The notes: a model not told the origin generated them from the letters alone. A DNA stretch of 63,873 nucleotides, filler included, from Polymyxa betae A26-41 (GCA_003693705.1; 5 parts of 5 records of this genome joined end to end with filler, not necessarily neighbours in it), one strand, 5' to 3'; positions 36,531 to 50,164 are shown, counted from the first letter of the whole stretch. Made by a program: numbers and translations.

Positions 36531-37143
36531 CCCGATAGGAGGACAGAAATCTGCGAATGATGTTCTGGAATTTTTCAGGGAAATCGGACGTTGGAATCGG
36601 CAGAGCAGATTTCCGAACAATTAACAAAGTTTGTTGAAGATTTTCGAAATAGATTGGGCTTGGTGATAAACAGTTCATGTAAAAATGTAGAAAGACGCCA
36701 GGAGCCAGATCGGCGAACATTTCCAGCTTTAAAACTGAAACCAGGTGACAAATCGCCTGCGGGTAATAAACTTCATTCGCAAGTCGATCCAAAACTCGAA
36801 CAGCGCTTTCATGGGTAAGTCTGGAACGAATCAATTGCATTGTAGTACTAGATGGCATTGTTTTCGCTAAGTCATCGATCAAATCAGCGATCTTCTGAGG
36901 GTCGGATTCGCGGATTGCGAAAGGCCCGAATAATCGCTCGATCCGAGGCACCGATTGAAGATGATTATAGAGCCGAGCCGAAGTCAGCATCAGCTGGCGT
37001 ACTGATCTCATATCGCAGAGGATGACGACCTGCAGTATGAGGTCGTCAGGCAGCGACGAGAGGGAGCAGGCCATGGCCGCCACCTGTGTTCGTCGCTGCC
37101 GAGGTCGGCGCTGCCAAGGACGAGCGGTGATGAAGCCGGCCAT
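36531..37143 (-). CDS. F-box protein, runs into assembly gap
   Basis: LSSLPDDLILQVVILCDMRSVRQLMLTSARL is an F-box, followed by a helical region laid out like the 11957 family. Confidence 0.65.
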
Positions 37144-37527
37144 AGCCGCTGAAATGAATGGTCATGGGTAGCTGCTGATCAGATAAAGACACGGACTGAG
37201 AAACACCAACTGTATTCGCATTTTTCGATTCAAAGTTTCTTAGAAGGAAACAGCGATGACAAAATGTGCGCGATTCTTGTGTCACAAAAGTGCTGTTGAT
37301 TGTGAAATTGCGTGACTCGGAGACAGGAAAGTGCTGTGTTTTTGCGTGACTCTACTTCTCTAAAATCGAGATGAATCCCGTTCAAACCCCGATTTCTGTA
37401 GTGAGCAATTCTGAGACGGGAAAACATTTTCTTGACTTTATGATTGTCTGTGGCCTTGAACTAGAGAAGGATTATCCGTAGTTGATGATTAACTTTTTTT
37501 TGCAGTTTCGGTCCAAAAGACAACTAT

Positions 37528-38000
37528 AATGATCATAGAATCGAAATCCGACCCAGAGCCTCTGGCGGCGTACGACACCACCGAAACCGTTCAGGCTCTG
37601 TTCAACAAGCTTACGTCCAGCGACGGGATTCTGGTCGTCAATGAGACCTCCTTTTTATGATCATCGGGCTGAATTGTATAAGGTCGTTTACGGTCTTCAT
37701 CGACCAGAAAACTTATCGTGAATTTGTTCGTTGTCGCTCACATCTCCGATTTCATGATATCTCCAGCTGTGGTGACGCTTCATGATAATTTATCTCTTGG
37801 TAGCCTGGCTTTTGGTAACCAGGATGTGCTCGGCTTGGCGTTATTGGGTCAGAATTACTCACAACCGGGAACCCTCAAGTCATAGAGAGTTTGATTTCCG
37901 CTCATTTTGCTCTTTTTGTGTTTTTCCTACTTTATAGCAACGGACAAGTTCAGCGAGGTTGTTTAAAAATTCTTCTGCTGGGCATGTATTCAGGATCTTC
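37528..38000 (+). pseudogene. Degenerate paralog of the BTB gene at 40338
   Basis: VQALFNKLTSSDGILVVNE, KVVYGLHR and LFVVAHISDFMISP..GNQDVLGLAL match LQAVFNHPALSDITLLVDD, QVVYGMHR and LFVIAQIADFMISP..GTQDALSVAL. Internal deletion and frameshifts. Confidence 0.65.
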
Positions 38001-40337
38001 GCCACTGCTTGATACGCTTCAGGTGTAGCATCAGATGGGATCAAAGTGGATTCTGTGCTTTGGATTTAAGGCGCTCAAGATACTGTTCTGCAGTTGAGCA
38101 GGCGCTGGAGCCGATCTACCCCTAATGTCATTTACAAATAAGTCTGTCGTCTGCAGGAAATGGGCCTCTGTTTTTGCATCGAACATTGGCAGACCAATTT
38201 ACTCAACTCGAGCTGCCTGCTTTTGATCTTCCTTGAACAGCTTGAACAGAACGGAATCAACTGACGCCTTTTAAGGATAACTTTCGGATTTGACAGAAAA
38301 GAATTTATATTAAATAAGATAACGAACATGAATATCAGTAATCAGAAAAAAACGAAGGAAACCCTAACCCTATTCTGATGTCGTTATACCATGAAAAGGT
38401 AGAGCCAAGAAAGCATTCTGAAAGTCGTACAGGCCTTCATCAGCCAGGCCGGGGTCAGACGCCTGACTCTGGTGGTTGAGCGAGATGAGGTTCTATGGGC
38501 TGTACTGGTCCATGCGATCTGGAGCGATCGTTACGGTGCCCTTCCGAAGGCGATATGAATTTAGTGAGGATATCTGGTTGTTCGCATTCGAATACGTTAA
38601 GCTCTCTGACTTTTGCTACCTATGATGTGCTGGGGTTTGCTTCGCTCACAGAAAATTTAGCGTTGCCGAAAACTACTCAAATCGTGCCAAAATTGGTACA
38701 GATTGAGGAGTGTATTCCACTCGAAGGCAGATCGCTTTGTTGATTAACACTGTCCTTCAATGCTTTCAAAGAATTTGCGCCTGATCACATTGTTTGATTG
38801 AAAAAAAGCGCCACATTGCAAAGACAGCAAAAGATTGCGAAATCAGGCGAGCTGGGATATCGCCAAGCGCATTGCGTCCTTTGATGAGTTGCTGAGATCT
38901 CTGCCATACCGCAAAGAAAATGAGCTCAGCGTGGCCTCATTCAGTTAGAAGTATTCACTCCCACAAACATTCCTTTCAGAACATTCTCGACTGTTTTTGC
39001 AAACTCTATTAAAGGATATAGACTATAGAGACTGAAAAATTCGCTCAGATTTATCAGGAATATTGTTATCACCATCGACCCGTTTTGGGTCACGGTTTGT
39101 TAAGCGTTTGATGAACAACCGTTTTCTATAGAAAAAAGTTGAGATTGAGCTATGAAAGCCTTGATGACAAAATGCTGAAATTCTCCAAACTAATGTGCTG
39201 ATATCAGCGATCTTTAGGGACGAACTCCAAGAATTATTAAGAAAGGGGTTGATCAATTTCGAACCCGCAGCTATTCATCTTCTAATTCTGTATCATGTTT
39301 GGCAGATCGGTTTCGCGATTAGAAAAATGCTTGTGCTGTCCCCAATCGAGCATAGATCGTAATGCAAATATGAACATTAGACCCCTAGTGAACAGCTTGC
39401 TAATCCAACGCCTTCTTATTCTGTTGCTGAACCTTATTTCCCACGTAACATGGTGACATTTTTGTCAGGGCTGAACATTTCAGCGATTATCTTCCAATTT
39501 TCAGAAAACTTCTCAAGATTTACGATCTTGTTTAAGAGCGAGTTTGATAACAAAATTCGCTTCAAAAAAGCAATAATAGTGAAAGACATATTGTAACCTT
39601 TCGAGCGCGATAGCAGTGATAAATGCGATTCTTTATGCGATGAGCGATTTTGAAAATTCAGCAAGCCCTGTTAACGCATCCTTTCAATAGATCGTAACGC
39701 AAATAACAGCCCTTATAAGCAGTTTTACAAAATTCGAATATGTGTATCGATGCAGAATTGATTGACGTCATCAAAGGTAGCCAGTTGCGGATGTCATGGT
39801 GGGCTTCACTTCAATAACCAACTTCACATTGGGGAAAGAAAGGCGCCATCATATTCGGCCAGACAATGCGCTGACGACCACGAGGCTTTCCAAAGAAGAG
39901 CAGGTAGGGATCTATTCAGAGCTGCCAAGAGCGGGCTGGATGCAATGGTCTAACGCTTCGGTTTCTGATAACGCACAAACCTTTGAAAACGTTTCACTCA
40001 TCAGAAAAATGCGACTGTCACCGAAAGAAAAAGTGCGAAAGCTAATGATGAAGCGCATTCGCTAAATACCCAAAGCTGCGTAACCCCTTTGAAAGTGCGT
40101 GACAGGCAAGTGTACGCACATTCGTGGCAAATGATGAAGGGCATTCGCCAAATCAACAAAAGCTGAATCCTTTGAAAGTGCGTGACAGGGACGTTTACGC
40201 AACATTCGTTACCATTGAAATGGTTGGCACGCAACACTCATTGCGAGCCATTCGTGCGCCATTGAAATGGGACGCTGTTTGTATTGCAACTTCATCTGTA
40301 GCTGGCCCTGTCATGGACGACTTGGCTCTGTATCGCC

Positions 40338-41090
40338 ATGCCTGAGACTATCGTGGAGTCGCCCGCCCAGCTCTCTGAGCCGCCGGGCCAGTACAGCCCG
40401 AGCTGGGCCCTGCAGGCCGTATTCAACCACCCCGCGCTCAGCGACATCACGCTGCTCGTGGACGACACCAAACTGTATGGGCATCGGGACGTACTGGTCC
40501 CTCTGAGCGGTTATATGGAACATTCGCTTGACTGGACTGCGCACCGCGATCTTAAAGACGATTTCAAACCTTCTGTTCGGATCTTGCTGCCGGCCCTTAA
40601 GGTCCCGGCTCGGTTTCGTGCCGCGGCTATGCTCCACAGCCGGGCGTACTGGTTCGAAGTCTATCTGCAAGTCGTCTATGGCATGCACCGTCTCACGCAG
40701 GACGATCCGGCGGAGCTGTTCGTGATCGCGCAGATCGCTGATTTTATGATCTCCCCCAAAGCGGTGTCAATCTGTGATCATTTATTAAGCTCTCTGACGT
40801 ATGGAACCCAAGATGCGTTGAGCGTCGCGCTATTCGCTCTGAGATATTCACTGTCGAGGACCTTTCAAGTCGTGCAGATAATCATCTCCGCAAATCTTCG
40901 TCAGTTTTTTACTGACCCTCTGCTCTACAAGATCGATCCGGAGAAGTTCGCCAAGGTCATAACCAATTCTCCGGATAGTGATTTCTATCCATATTGGGCC
41001 AGTATCTCCTATGAGTGCCCATTCTATTCCAGGGATTTACCGATGATGCAGTCTGATGGCGAAAGACGAAACACCATGAGCATTATATAG
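40338..41090 (+). CDS. BTB/POZ-domain protein
   Basis: FNHPALSDITLLVDDTKLYGHRDVLVPLSGYM is the BTB N-terminal signature, followed by a BACK-like helical segment. Confidence 0.8.
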   Translation: MPETIVESPAQLSEPPGQYSPSWALQAVFNHPALSDITLLVDDTKLYGHRDVLVPLSGYMEHSLDWTAHRDLKDDFKPSVRILLPALKVPARFRAAAMLHSRAYWFEVYLQVVYGMHRLTQDDPAELFVIAQIADFMISPKAVSICDHLLSSLTYGTQDALSVALFALRYSLSRTFQVVQIIISANLRQFFTDPLLYKIDPEKFAKVITNSPDSDFYPYWASISYECPFYSRDLPMMQSDGERRNTMSII

Positions 41091-41454
41091 ATTATATCAG
41101 ACAAATTTATCTATAAACGCAAATATTATTTATAAATTCAAATATTATTTATAAACTCAATTTTTTTATAAATTCAATATTGACTGTTAACTGTTAAATA
41201 AAATGCTTGGTAACTAGAAGTGGGTTAGCTAACTGACAAGTTTATTGTGCTTGTTATTATTGTCGTCATGGTCAGCATTGATTCAATTAGGGACGCCCGT
41301 CGCTGACTCAATGATACTGGTCGAGGCGGCGGGATCATCTGCAGTTGCGTCAGCACCCTCCTTGATCTTAGCCGCCACCAGGTTCCTGACATGACGGGAG
41401 AAGGCGGGATCGGGATGTGCCAAAGACATTGTAAAATGTCCGCGCAGTTTTTTG

Positions 41455-42143
41455 CACTGGGACCCGAAGAGTCAGAAAATTCACATTTTTAGCGCCTCTC
41501 TATCCTGCTTACAACAGGTTGCAACACTCCCATACAAACGACAATACGTCAACGCAGCTGTTGACGATTTCGCAAAGAATCTTGCCAACCTGGCCCGGAA
41601 TAATACTGTGGAACTGCATTTCGTTCGGTAGCCATACAGAAACGGCGATCCTGGAAAGCAATGCTATCGAAGAACTAGCAAAGGACGCCGCACAATCTGG
41701 GGAACCAGCCCAACACGACCCTTTGCTAAACAAATACCGTTTCCATTTGAAAAAATGCCGAGCTAGACTACAGAGGTACCTTAATACAAACGCTAAATCG
41801 AGTCAATTCAAAGATGATCCAACGGCGCAAACGCAACTCGAGAGAATAGTTAGAAAAATTAAACAAAAACAGACCTCTATAAAATCGAGCACGTACTGGC
41901 CATACCTGATTTAAAGCCCATTTGAAAAACTTAGGTCTCGAAAAATGCCAATTTTGTTTCCGGAAGCGCAAAACACTAGAACCTCTCATAATTAAACGCT
42001 CAAATTGAGTCCGCTCGATGTCTAAACCCTAACGCAAAATACAAAGGAGCCCAAATGAGCATTTTAACGACGCTCTATGGGCACATAGCAGAATAATGGC
42101 GAAATTTTTACTCAAAACTGCGAAAGCTGGCTGTGAGATATAG
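41455..42143 (+). mobile_element. LINE fragment (RNase H C-terminus to ORF2 end)
   Basis: KIHIFSASLSCLQQVATLPYK and FNDALWAHSRIMAKFL are homologous to 57643-58179 and ~57300. Confidence 0.75.
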
Positions 42144-42956
42144 CAGCAATGATATTGGAAAGCAGGGGACCTCGACAGCCTCCTTAACGCATGATTGTCG
42201 ATCATCGTAATCGGATAATTGCTTTCTATCAACTTTGTGAAAACTCGTAGTTGATTGCGGCGATTTTCCTGTCTATCATAACGAAAGGGATAAATGAAAT
42301 AACTTCCAAAATCTTGTGCTTTTTGGATGGACCCGCGATGCAATCGATTATTTCGAGCAGGGGATAAAACTAAGGATGATTGTCAACAGATCGACTGGCT
42401 CTTTATGACACCTGCAATCAGGTTCATCCATCAATTACCGATATTATAGTCCAGTCTACCATTGTATCTGCTTCAGGCTTAGTTTAGAGCGCTGCCGCTC
42501 GTTCTTCTGCTAAAGTTCTGAAACTGGTTTTCCATTTTGTTTCTCAGAAGGGCTGGGACGAGAAAGTTTGCTGATTAAGTCTCCCTGTCAGAGGTTTCTT
42601 CATATTACCAGCAGTGCGAAGAATGATATTGTCGTACCATCTAGTTCCAATTAGAGGCGTAACACATATTGCTGAGTATTGCTACCAGAGCATGCTTCAA
42701 TGAAGCACGTGAAACACCTGTGCAGCGCTCCAATACTTAATTCGCACAGAAAGAGGCTCGTGCTGCCAGCAAAACATGAAAAGATTCCGACTAAACCATA
42801 CATAGTATGTTTATAATAATAATTATTGTTCGCAAGCACTTAAAGATCCTAAGCGATAATTGTCAGAGGACCCATAATTGGAATCCAAAGCAGCAGAACT
42901 TTGCAACGTACTGTCAACAAAGGCATGCATGAATCAGATGGAAATAAGGACAATAG

Positions 42957-44846
42957 TCAGCATGGTGCCGGCGCACGGAATCGCAGAGAGGCTAGTAAAC
43001 CCTGGCTATCTGATGTGATGATAGTTTGCGAGTCGGGACCCCAGGCCGCCCTAATATATGACGGTGCTTGAGCAACATGACATGGATCTTGAGCCATTCC
43101 AGCTGTTCTAAACAGCATTAGTGATAGATATTAACAAAGAATATCACAATATAGAGAATCATGGCTGACTAAACGGAAAAATAAAAAAAAAACAGGAAAA
43201 ATAAGTGACAAATCACAAATTTTAGAAAATTATATGACAAAGAAAACTCGTGCAGCTCTGACAACATAACACACATTTGCTCAAGTGTATGACGTGACTG
43301 GTTCCATTTCCAAATCGAGAATCTGTTAGAAGGTGAGTGTCAAAAACAAAAGTAAATAATAGATTACGTCTCTTGTTGTCCAGATATAAGAGCTAGTCCT
43401 TGTTGGAATGTAATATCACCGACAGACTTCGGAGCTGCTTCTTGTGATGCTGAGGTGCAATCTGCTCTGTACGTAAATCAATGTTAGGGAACTTACGAAT
43501 CAGAAAGCAGGGAACGATTACAGTCTGCCATTACGTATGTCCAGCTCAGCTAACCTGCCATCTCCGAACCCCAGAAGCACCTGGTGCTCTCCGAATACAT
43601 CGTGAGCAAAAAGCATCTATAAAACATTGATCATAATCCCAGGCTGTGCAATATTTCTTAAAGAATTGAGAAGCGATGAAACGCAGATAATTTCCAGTAT
43701 GAAAAGAAGACGAAAAGATTTGGCAGACATCAAGAAAGAAAACGAACGGAATAAAATCCGCAGAGCAGCATGCGAATGTATTACGGACCAGATTGAAGGT
43801 ATCAGCAATGACGGCAGGACTGCTCATATCTGTACGAACGTCATACAGAGAGAAGATCCCATGATCCGAAGTTATTGAGACATCATGACCTCCTGTAGAC
43901 ATGCGATTAGTTCATGTTGAATTCCAAAGTAGAGAATTACCTTCAGCCCAGCGAAGCGATGATATGATACTGTCAGCGTAAACCCGACGGACGCAACAGT
44001 CCATTTTCGTGATATCGTTGATGCATAACATGCTATCAAACCCTAGAAACAGAGATCTCATCAATTCTGAGGCTGAGATCGAAAAATGTTTCTGATAAAA
44101 AATCAAGACCAAAGTAACTTCAATGTAAAATTAGGTACAGCCCATAGAAAGTTTAGAAAAAAAAGGGACGAAGAAACGAAAATGAGAAGCTTTCAGAGAA
44201 AGAGGAAAAACGTTGCACAGATAGATAATGGCAGAAAACAAGCATACGCAAAAGGAACAAAGACGTTCTGAAAACCAATCCCAGAATACAACCTCCTGAA
44301 GCGAACAGGTATTTGGAGCTAGGATTAGGGGCCAGTTCGCGAAGCCAGTCTCGATGAGATGGCTTGAAATCCCCTAATAGCCAGGCTTGTTAATGAAAAC
44401 CACGTGATAACCAACTCACTATACGTTTATCGAGGCAAAACTCGGAGTCGATGTTGATGCTGGCCATCGTTGAGCCATGAGCACAGAGCGCCGTTGTGGA
44501 ATCGAGCCAGTGACAATCTCGAACATGCTGTATTCAAAATGTTAACACACTGAAGAAATTGAAGACAATGTAAATCCAAAGACTAAAACGCAAAAAAAAA
44601 CAAAGAAAAATGATTAGTTACCTCTGGCAATGGCAAAACGAAAATGCTGACTTCACTATCTTCATCGTAGATATCACACGAGACGCCAATAAGACGATGC
44701 CAGCCTGCAAGGTTCGAGATGTCTTCAGTACCAAGCAAGATACGTTGTTCTCTGACGCCGTGCTCTCCCCAGCACGACGGACGTGATAATGGAACAGCTC
44801 GTGGTATGAAAGTGCAAGAACGATTTAGCACGCAGGAAAGAGGCAT
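42957..44846 (-). CDS. WD40/beta-propeller protein (multi-exon)
   Basis: Repeated blade motifs across short-intron exons: HVRDCHW, GFDSMLCINDI, IISSLRW, SDHGIFSLYDVR, GFGDGRLAELDIR, IRAAWGPDSQTIITSDSQG. Start may lie further upstream. Confidence 0.7.
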
Positions 44847-46225
44847 CGAAAGACACGTCTACATAACGAATCAAACGTTTGAAATACAATTAGGCCAACA
44901 AAATATCGAATCAGCACTGAAACAAATAAAAAAAATAAAAACATTAGAAACGGTAATCCTTGAGCAATTATAAAAGAGCAAAAAGCCTCGAAATATTCAT
45001 TAGTGAGTTCGATCAGTAATAGAAAAACTGCAATAACAATCTCATTGGCAAAGGTTAGATATCGATCTAAAAGCGCCGAATATGGAATTGGGATTCTTTC
45101 GCACCTGAATAGGACCCACATCGGGCGATGATTGACCAAAATAGGGCTGATTGCCAGGGTCGCCGGGCCGGCCGGGCTCGCTCGACGGCGTGATTGACGA
45201 CACCCCCATCATCCCATTCGGCTAGAGACACCGACGACGAACCTTTCGATAGATCTGATAGTGACGAGAATGGTCCCTGATTGGACAAATGAGCTAACAG
45301 TAGGGGGGCCGCCGTGGGGTGATGGGGTCTACGGAATATTTCCGCCGAGTGCAGCCCACCGACCTCTCGTTCGATCGGGCAGCCAAAGTGGCGGCTCGGC
45401 AATTGCCTTCCATTTCCACCAGACTTGTTCTAAAAGCCCACCAAATGTTAGACCGACTCTTTCAGGTATTGTATAAGTTGACCCCCTGTCAAAGGTCACA
45501 TTTGCTGACACTTGCAAATGCCATTAAAACGACCAAGTGATGGTGGAGTCCATGTTCAGCTATATCAAATATTCTGATTAGATTCGAGCTCCAATGCATA
45601 TCGTCAGAACATTGCAGTATATTATCAGCTTTTTTGTGATAGCTATGACAACAAGCGGGGACAGTGGCGATGCTGATTGCTGAATTTTTGGATTAGGAAT
45701 ACTGTGAACTAGCGTCGATTAAATACCGCTGAAGAACACAGCTCTTTGTGAGGTGAGCTGCTCAAAACTTGAGAGCATTTCAGTAGTGATTTTTTCGCAT
45801 GCGATTTTCAAAAAGACTTGAAAGCTTTTTCCAAGCTAAGAATTTGTTCGGCTCCATGAAGAATTAGGCAGAGGGGCTTTCAATGCAATGGAGCGCGATA
45901 TTCATTATGCCTGATTTCGTAATCTGTTATACAGCAAACACAATTCATAGCGATGTTTATACAAGGGCATTGCTTTTATCATAAAGAGATTGAAGATGTG
46001 GTGAACTGACTCGAGCGATCATCAATAATAATGCGTTTTTCGATATGATATGATGTAGGGATAGCGAGGAAGCATTGATCGTTAAGGAGTTCTATCACCA
46101 AAAACAAAAATCTATTCTATACAGGAGCGAGTTTCTAATGTATAGTTCGAAAAATCTGGAGCTAGCTTGCAAACAGACTCCAAGAGAATCCAGAACTTCA
46201 CCTACCAGTGATAGCTAATTTCAGT

Positions 46226-46300
46226 GACGTTCGTAGTGCGGTGGTAAGGGGTCCGAACTTGTAAGTCTTGGGACTTCAGTTCAACTCCCGCCATGGGGAT
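46226..46300 (+). pseudogene. Possible tRNA-derived pseudogene
   Basis: A-box-like TAGTGCGGTGG and B-box-like GTTCAACTCC at tRNA spacing followed by a T-run, but acceptor and T stems do not pair. Confidence 0.3.
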
Positions 46301-46333
46301 TTTTTTTGTGATGAATTCTTCGCATTATAAAAA

Positions 46334-47086
46334 CGACCCTGCTACGCAGGCGACTCTATGTGGGTGACATCCCTCATTCCTTTATCATATTATCAAGCCT
46401 CTCAAGGCTCTTGGGTTTTGGGGAGCTCTCTCTGTTGCCGCCGGATCAGATTCCGACTGCGGATTACAGTGACTGTGCCGTTTCCCTGTGCTTTTCGCCA
46501 AATCACCTATCATGTCCAATTGAATTGATCCACAATTTTTGGAGGACTGACACAGCACAGGGTGGCATTTCATCTTCCCGTGTCACTGCCGCTTTCGGGT
46601 CGATGCGACTGGAATCGGGGTCGAACTCTGATTCTTGTGATTCTGAAGAAATGAGATTTTCCGACTTGGCCTCTCTGTGCAAAGCGATTATATTTCGATC
46701 AGTTTCAAACCGTTCCTTTTTTAATTGTTAAATCCACGTTATCGGCTTTGTTGGACACAATTAAGTCTTCTGAAACACACAGAAAGATAATGATGACGAT
46801 GTAATCATTCGAAATCCGGTCATGTTGAAGACCAAAGGCATGCCTAAAATAGGAGGTAAACTATATAAGTCCCAAACAGAGAAGAAGCGCTGTCAGCCCA
46901 AAAAAAAAGATCGAAAACTGACGACCGTTATCCATGTTTTCGTGCTAATACAGACATATAGACGTAAACACGTGAAGGTTATTCTACACATAGGCACGAT
47001 CTTGAAGGGAGAGAGTCCTAAAGAGAGTCGCCTGAATACTGCCCGCGCAGTTATAGGGGCGAGGGGTCGCCCGCGTAGCAGGGTCG
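46334..47086. mobile_element. Non-autonomous TIR element with 9-bp TSD (Mutator-like)
   Basis: TIR CGACCCTGCTACGCAGGCGAC (46334-46354) / GTCGCCCGCGTAGCAGGGTCG (47066-47086). Perfect flanking TTATAAAAA at 46325-46333 and 47087-47095. Confidence 0.8.
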
Positions 47087-47129
47087 TTATAAAAACCTAC
47101 ACGGTACCAGTTTTAGCAAGTGTCAGGTT

Positions 47130-47486
47130 TCTAACTCCGCCCTCATTCGCCTAATTGATGGCTTCGACAACGTGGAAAAAAAGACGTCACAAAAGCAGTT
47201 GGCAGCATCTACGGGAACGAAACTGCTGGCCCAAACAAGCGACCCCATTATCAAGGACGTTCTTAATGTGCTGACTTCATACAGCGCAAACCTTCTCAAA
47301 CAAGAATGTGCCCTTGCACTGTCGTATTTTTGCCTCAGAGACGACGAGACAGATGGCGTCTTTCGTGTATGCCACAAAGACCACCCTGATAAGTTTCGTT
47401 TAGTTACTGTCGACAGTAAGCATCTATCTAATTCCAAGTGCTCATGCCGGAAAGCAATTTGGCACGGGGTCGTGTCATTAAAATAA
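47130..47486 (+). mobile_element. MULE transposase remnant (truncated SWIM finger)
   Basis: FRLVTVD..SKCSCRKAIWHG resembles the SWIM CxC..GxPCxH region of Mutator transposases. Confidence 0.5.
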
Positions 47487-47747
47487 GTTCATTGAAACGT
47501 GAGATTCATTTATTGCTGTTACAAGTTTAAAAGTTTACAGATTGAGAAGATGGTTAGGGTTTACTGCAGATAGAGCAGGACATTGTCCAGTATGTCCAGG
47601 ACAATAATTTTGTTTAAATTGATAATGATCTAGATTATGTCCAAATATATGAGATGATGTTCAAGACAGTATAATATTGGATTTAGAGAACCTTCGAGAT
47701 ATTCACTCATATCAGATGAATACGCAAAATTGCGCTCCTTCAGGTAA

Positions 47748-49594
47748 TTATTCATTCGCTGAAGAAATCCCAACATGCGATTCTGTGATATATTTAGAAT
47801 ATACAAATAAACTTGAACACAGTAATACCGTCTCAATTCCTTTCATAGAATATCTCAATAGACAATGTGTAACAAGGCCTCCCTTTTCACAAACAAATTG
47901 TGATTTGATGGAGGATTCCTTATTGTCACAGACAATGCGAGTCTCAAACCCGCACTGTTTACTTTTGCCTTTGAACCGAGAACAATGCGATTGAAAATGG
48001 CTATGCGGAAACGGATTTCCCCATCGAGATTGAAAAGCCGGAAGATCATTCTGACAGCATATTCGAACACATGAAAGTACAGCGTAACATGTTTGCCGCA
48101 ACCAATCACGACAGCCTTCACGTTCAAAGCACAATTTCGGGTCGGTAAATTTGGCCCGGACAATTTTTTGACATAAATTGGCCACCAATATCAACTTGTG
48201 TAGAGTGGTCTTCGAAATTGAGAGTTCCGAGGTTTCGGTCAATATGAGCTGATCATCGAGAACTTTGATAATAATGGGGTCTCTTGTAGCCTGCATTCTG
48301 ATGCTGGTTGATGGAATCAACAACTTCTCATTAGTAAGAAACGCGTACTCGTCATCATCAGGATGTCTTTTCTGAATTACAGATTCAGTGTGAGATTCCT
48401 TATTCAATATGAACAAATCTCACCAGAAAAGCACATAGAGTAGTGTAGTCTGTGATCTTCTCCACACCAAAATCAAATAGTTTCAGAAATTCAGGAAAAA
48501 TCGTAAACATTGGCAGAACGAATTCCTTTGGTGGTGAACTCAATTTCATCCGCTTCACGGACGGGTTCTCGTCACTCTGTAGATCACGATGGTCAAAACA
48601 GATGATAGAGCTCTCTTGACCCAGATTCATAGACTGATCGGCAGTTAACAGTTTGGATGGGCATTCTCGTCGGAAACATCTATCAAAGAGGCTCCAATGA
48701 GGGAAGCTATTCCCCCAGACTGTCTGAAATCTCCGGAGATCTTTCTGACAGCATTGTATGACACATCGCAGGACAGGACGACACACATCATACATCCATT
48801 TCCGCAGTTTCCAATCAATCTTGGCCCATGCCCACTTATACGTCCGGGCGGCCCAGATCAACTTCCGATACAGATTCGCAATCAGAATCAGCTTCTGTAA
48901 TGTGCTCTGAGAGGAACGGATTCGTTTCATTTCAGTCACATCCAGATCATGTCCTTTCACATTGATAATTAATTGATAGTTGATCTTGGAGCATTGAGAT
49001 GCATCACTAAAAGATGAAGACAGAGAATGAAGTTCCTCAACACTCGGCTTTTGATCTAAGCTAAAGTCAATATACAGCAGGAGAAAAAGGGAAAAAAATC
49101 ACCAGAAACTGGCAAAGACTGTTATAGTCATTGATATCAGTCACATCGTGATTGAAAAAAGACTGAAAGTCGGTTGGCGATGATGTTTCGTCAATATGAG
49201 GACGTTTCCGGGAGATAATTTCAACTGGGTCGGCATTCTGATATGAATATCTCCGATAAGGAAACATTATATTGATAGTTTTTTGAATAGGAGGTAAAGC
49301 TGGAACATTATCTGTATGATGAAATAAAGATGTTGGTGTCGATAAAGTTCCAATATCAGGTAGAGAGGATATGACTTGATTCGGACACAGGAATCCAACC
49401 TCTGTGTCAGAGAAATCGGGTGGATTGGCATTGAGATCGAGATCGGGAGGATAGATACTGATATTGAGATCGAAAGGATACACTCTATCAGGAGTCTGTT
49501 CCAGAGAATCTGTAACATTACAGGACCGAAGACTGCATGCAGCGAAGCACCCAGACAGGCTCAGTAACAGGAAGACAGTCGCTGGACCAACCAT
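47748..49594 (-). CDS. Putative secreted protein with two tandem Cys-rich helical modules (at least 2 introns)
   Basis: Signal peptide MVGPATVFLLLSLSGCFA. Introns follow DYNSLCQFL| and DYTTLCAFL| at homologous positions. Repeated TLxKLILxANL..W....C..VL.CV..CCQxDL..FQ..WGNxFPH. Confidence 0.7.
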
Positions 49595-50164
49595 TTCCAG
49601 GCAAACGAGAGTCGGATTGGCGGACTTCGGCGTTGGGGTCGTCACTTTTCTAGGCGAAACAAGAATCTGCGCAAAGTTTTTTTTCTACCACAGATGATAA
49701 TCTCTGCGATTAAAGTGCGAAATTTACAGTCGCGCAGTTTCCCATTTTATGAGTGTCGGTTTTTTTCAAATCTCACTTTTTGGATCTTTTCAATTCTTAC
49801 AGCCCACCAGACTACGATCGGGCAAGAGATTGAGAATAAAGATTAGCAGCAGCAAAACGTTGCGAAAAAATACAGAAAAAAATCATTTATACATTGAACA
49901 ACGCGTCCATATTTCAGCTCCATGGTGAACACCACCAGAGTTTGCCAGAATCGGGATATGATGATGACGTGCATATACAGATAGACGAGCCAAAAAATCA
50001 CTCTCAGCAACACCACAGGATACCCGAAGTTGGTCCCGTTTCGCTTTATCTTTGGGGGTGGTTTGATATTTTGTTAGCCGTTTCTTACTTTCGCGGGTTA
50101 TAGATCTTTTTTAGGGGAGGCTTAACGGCCTTAACCGTATCATTTGAAGTTTTCTCTGCCTTCT

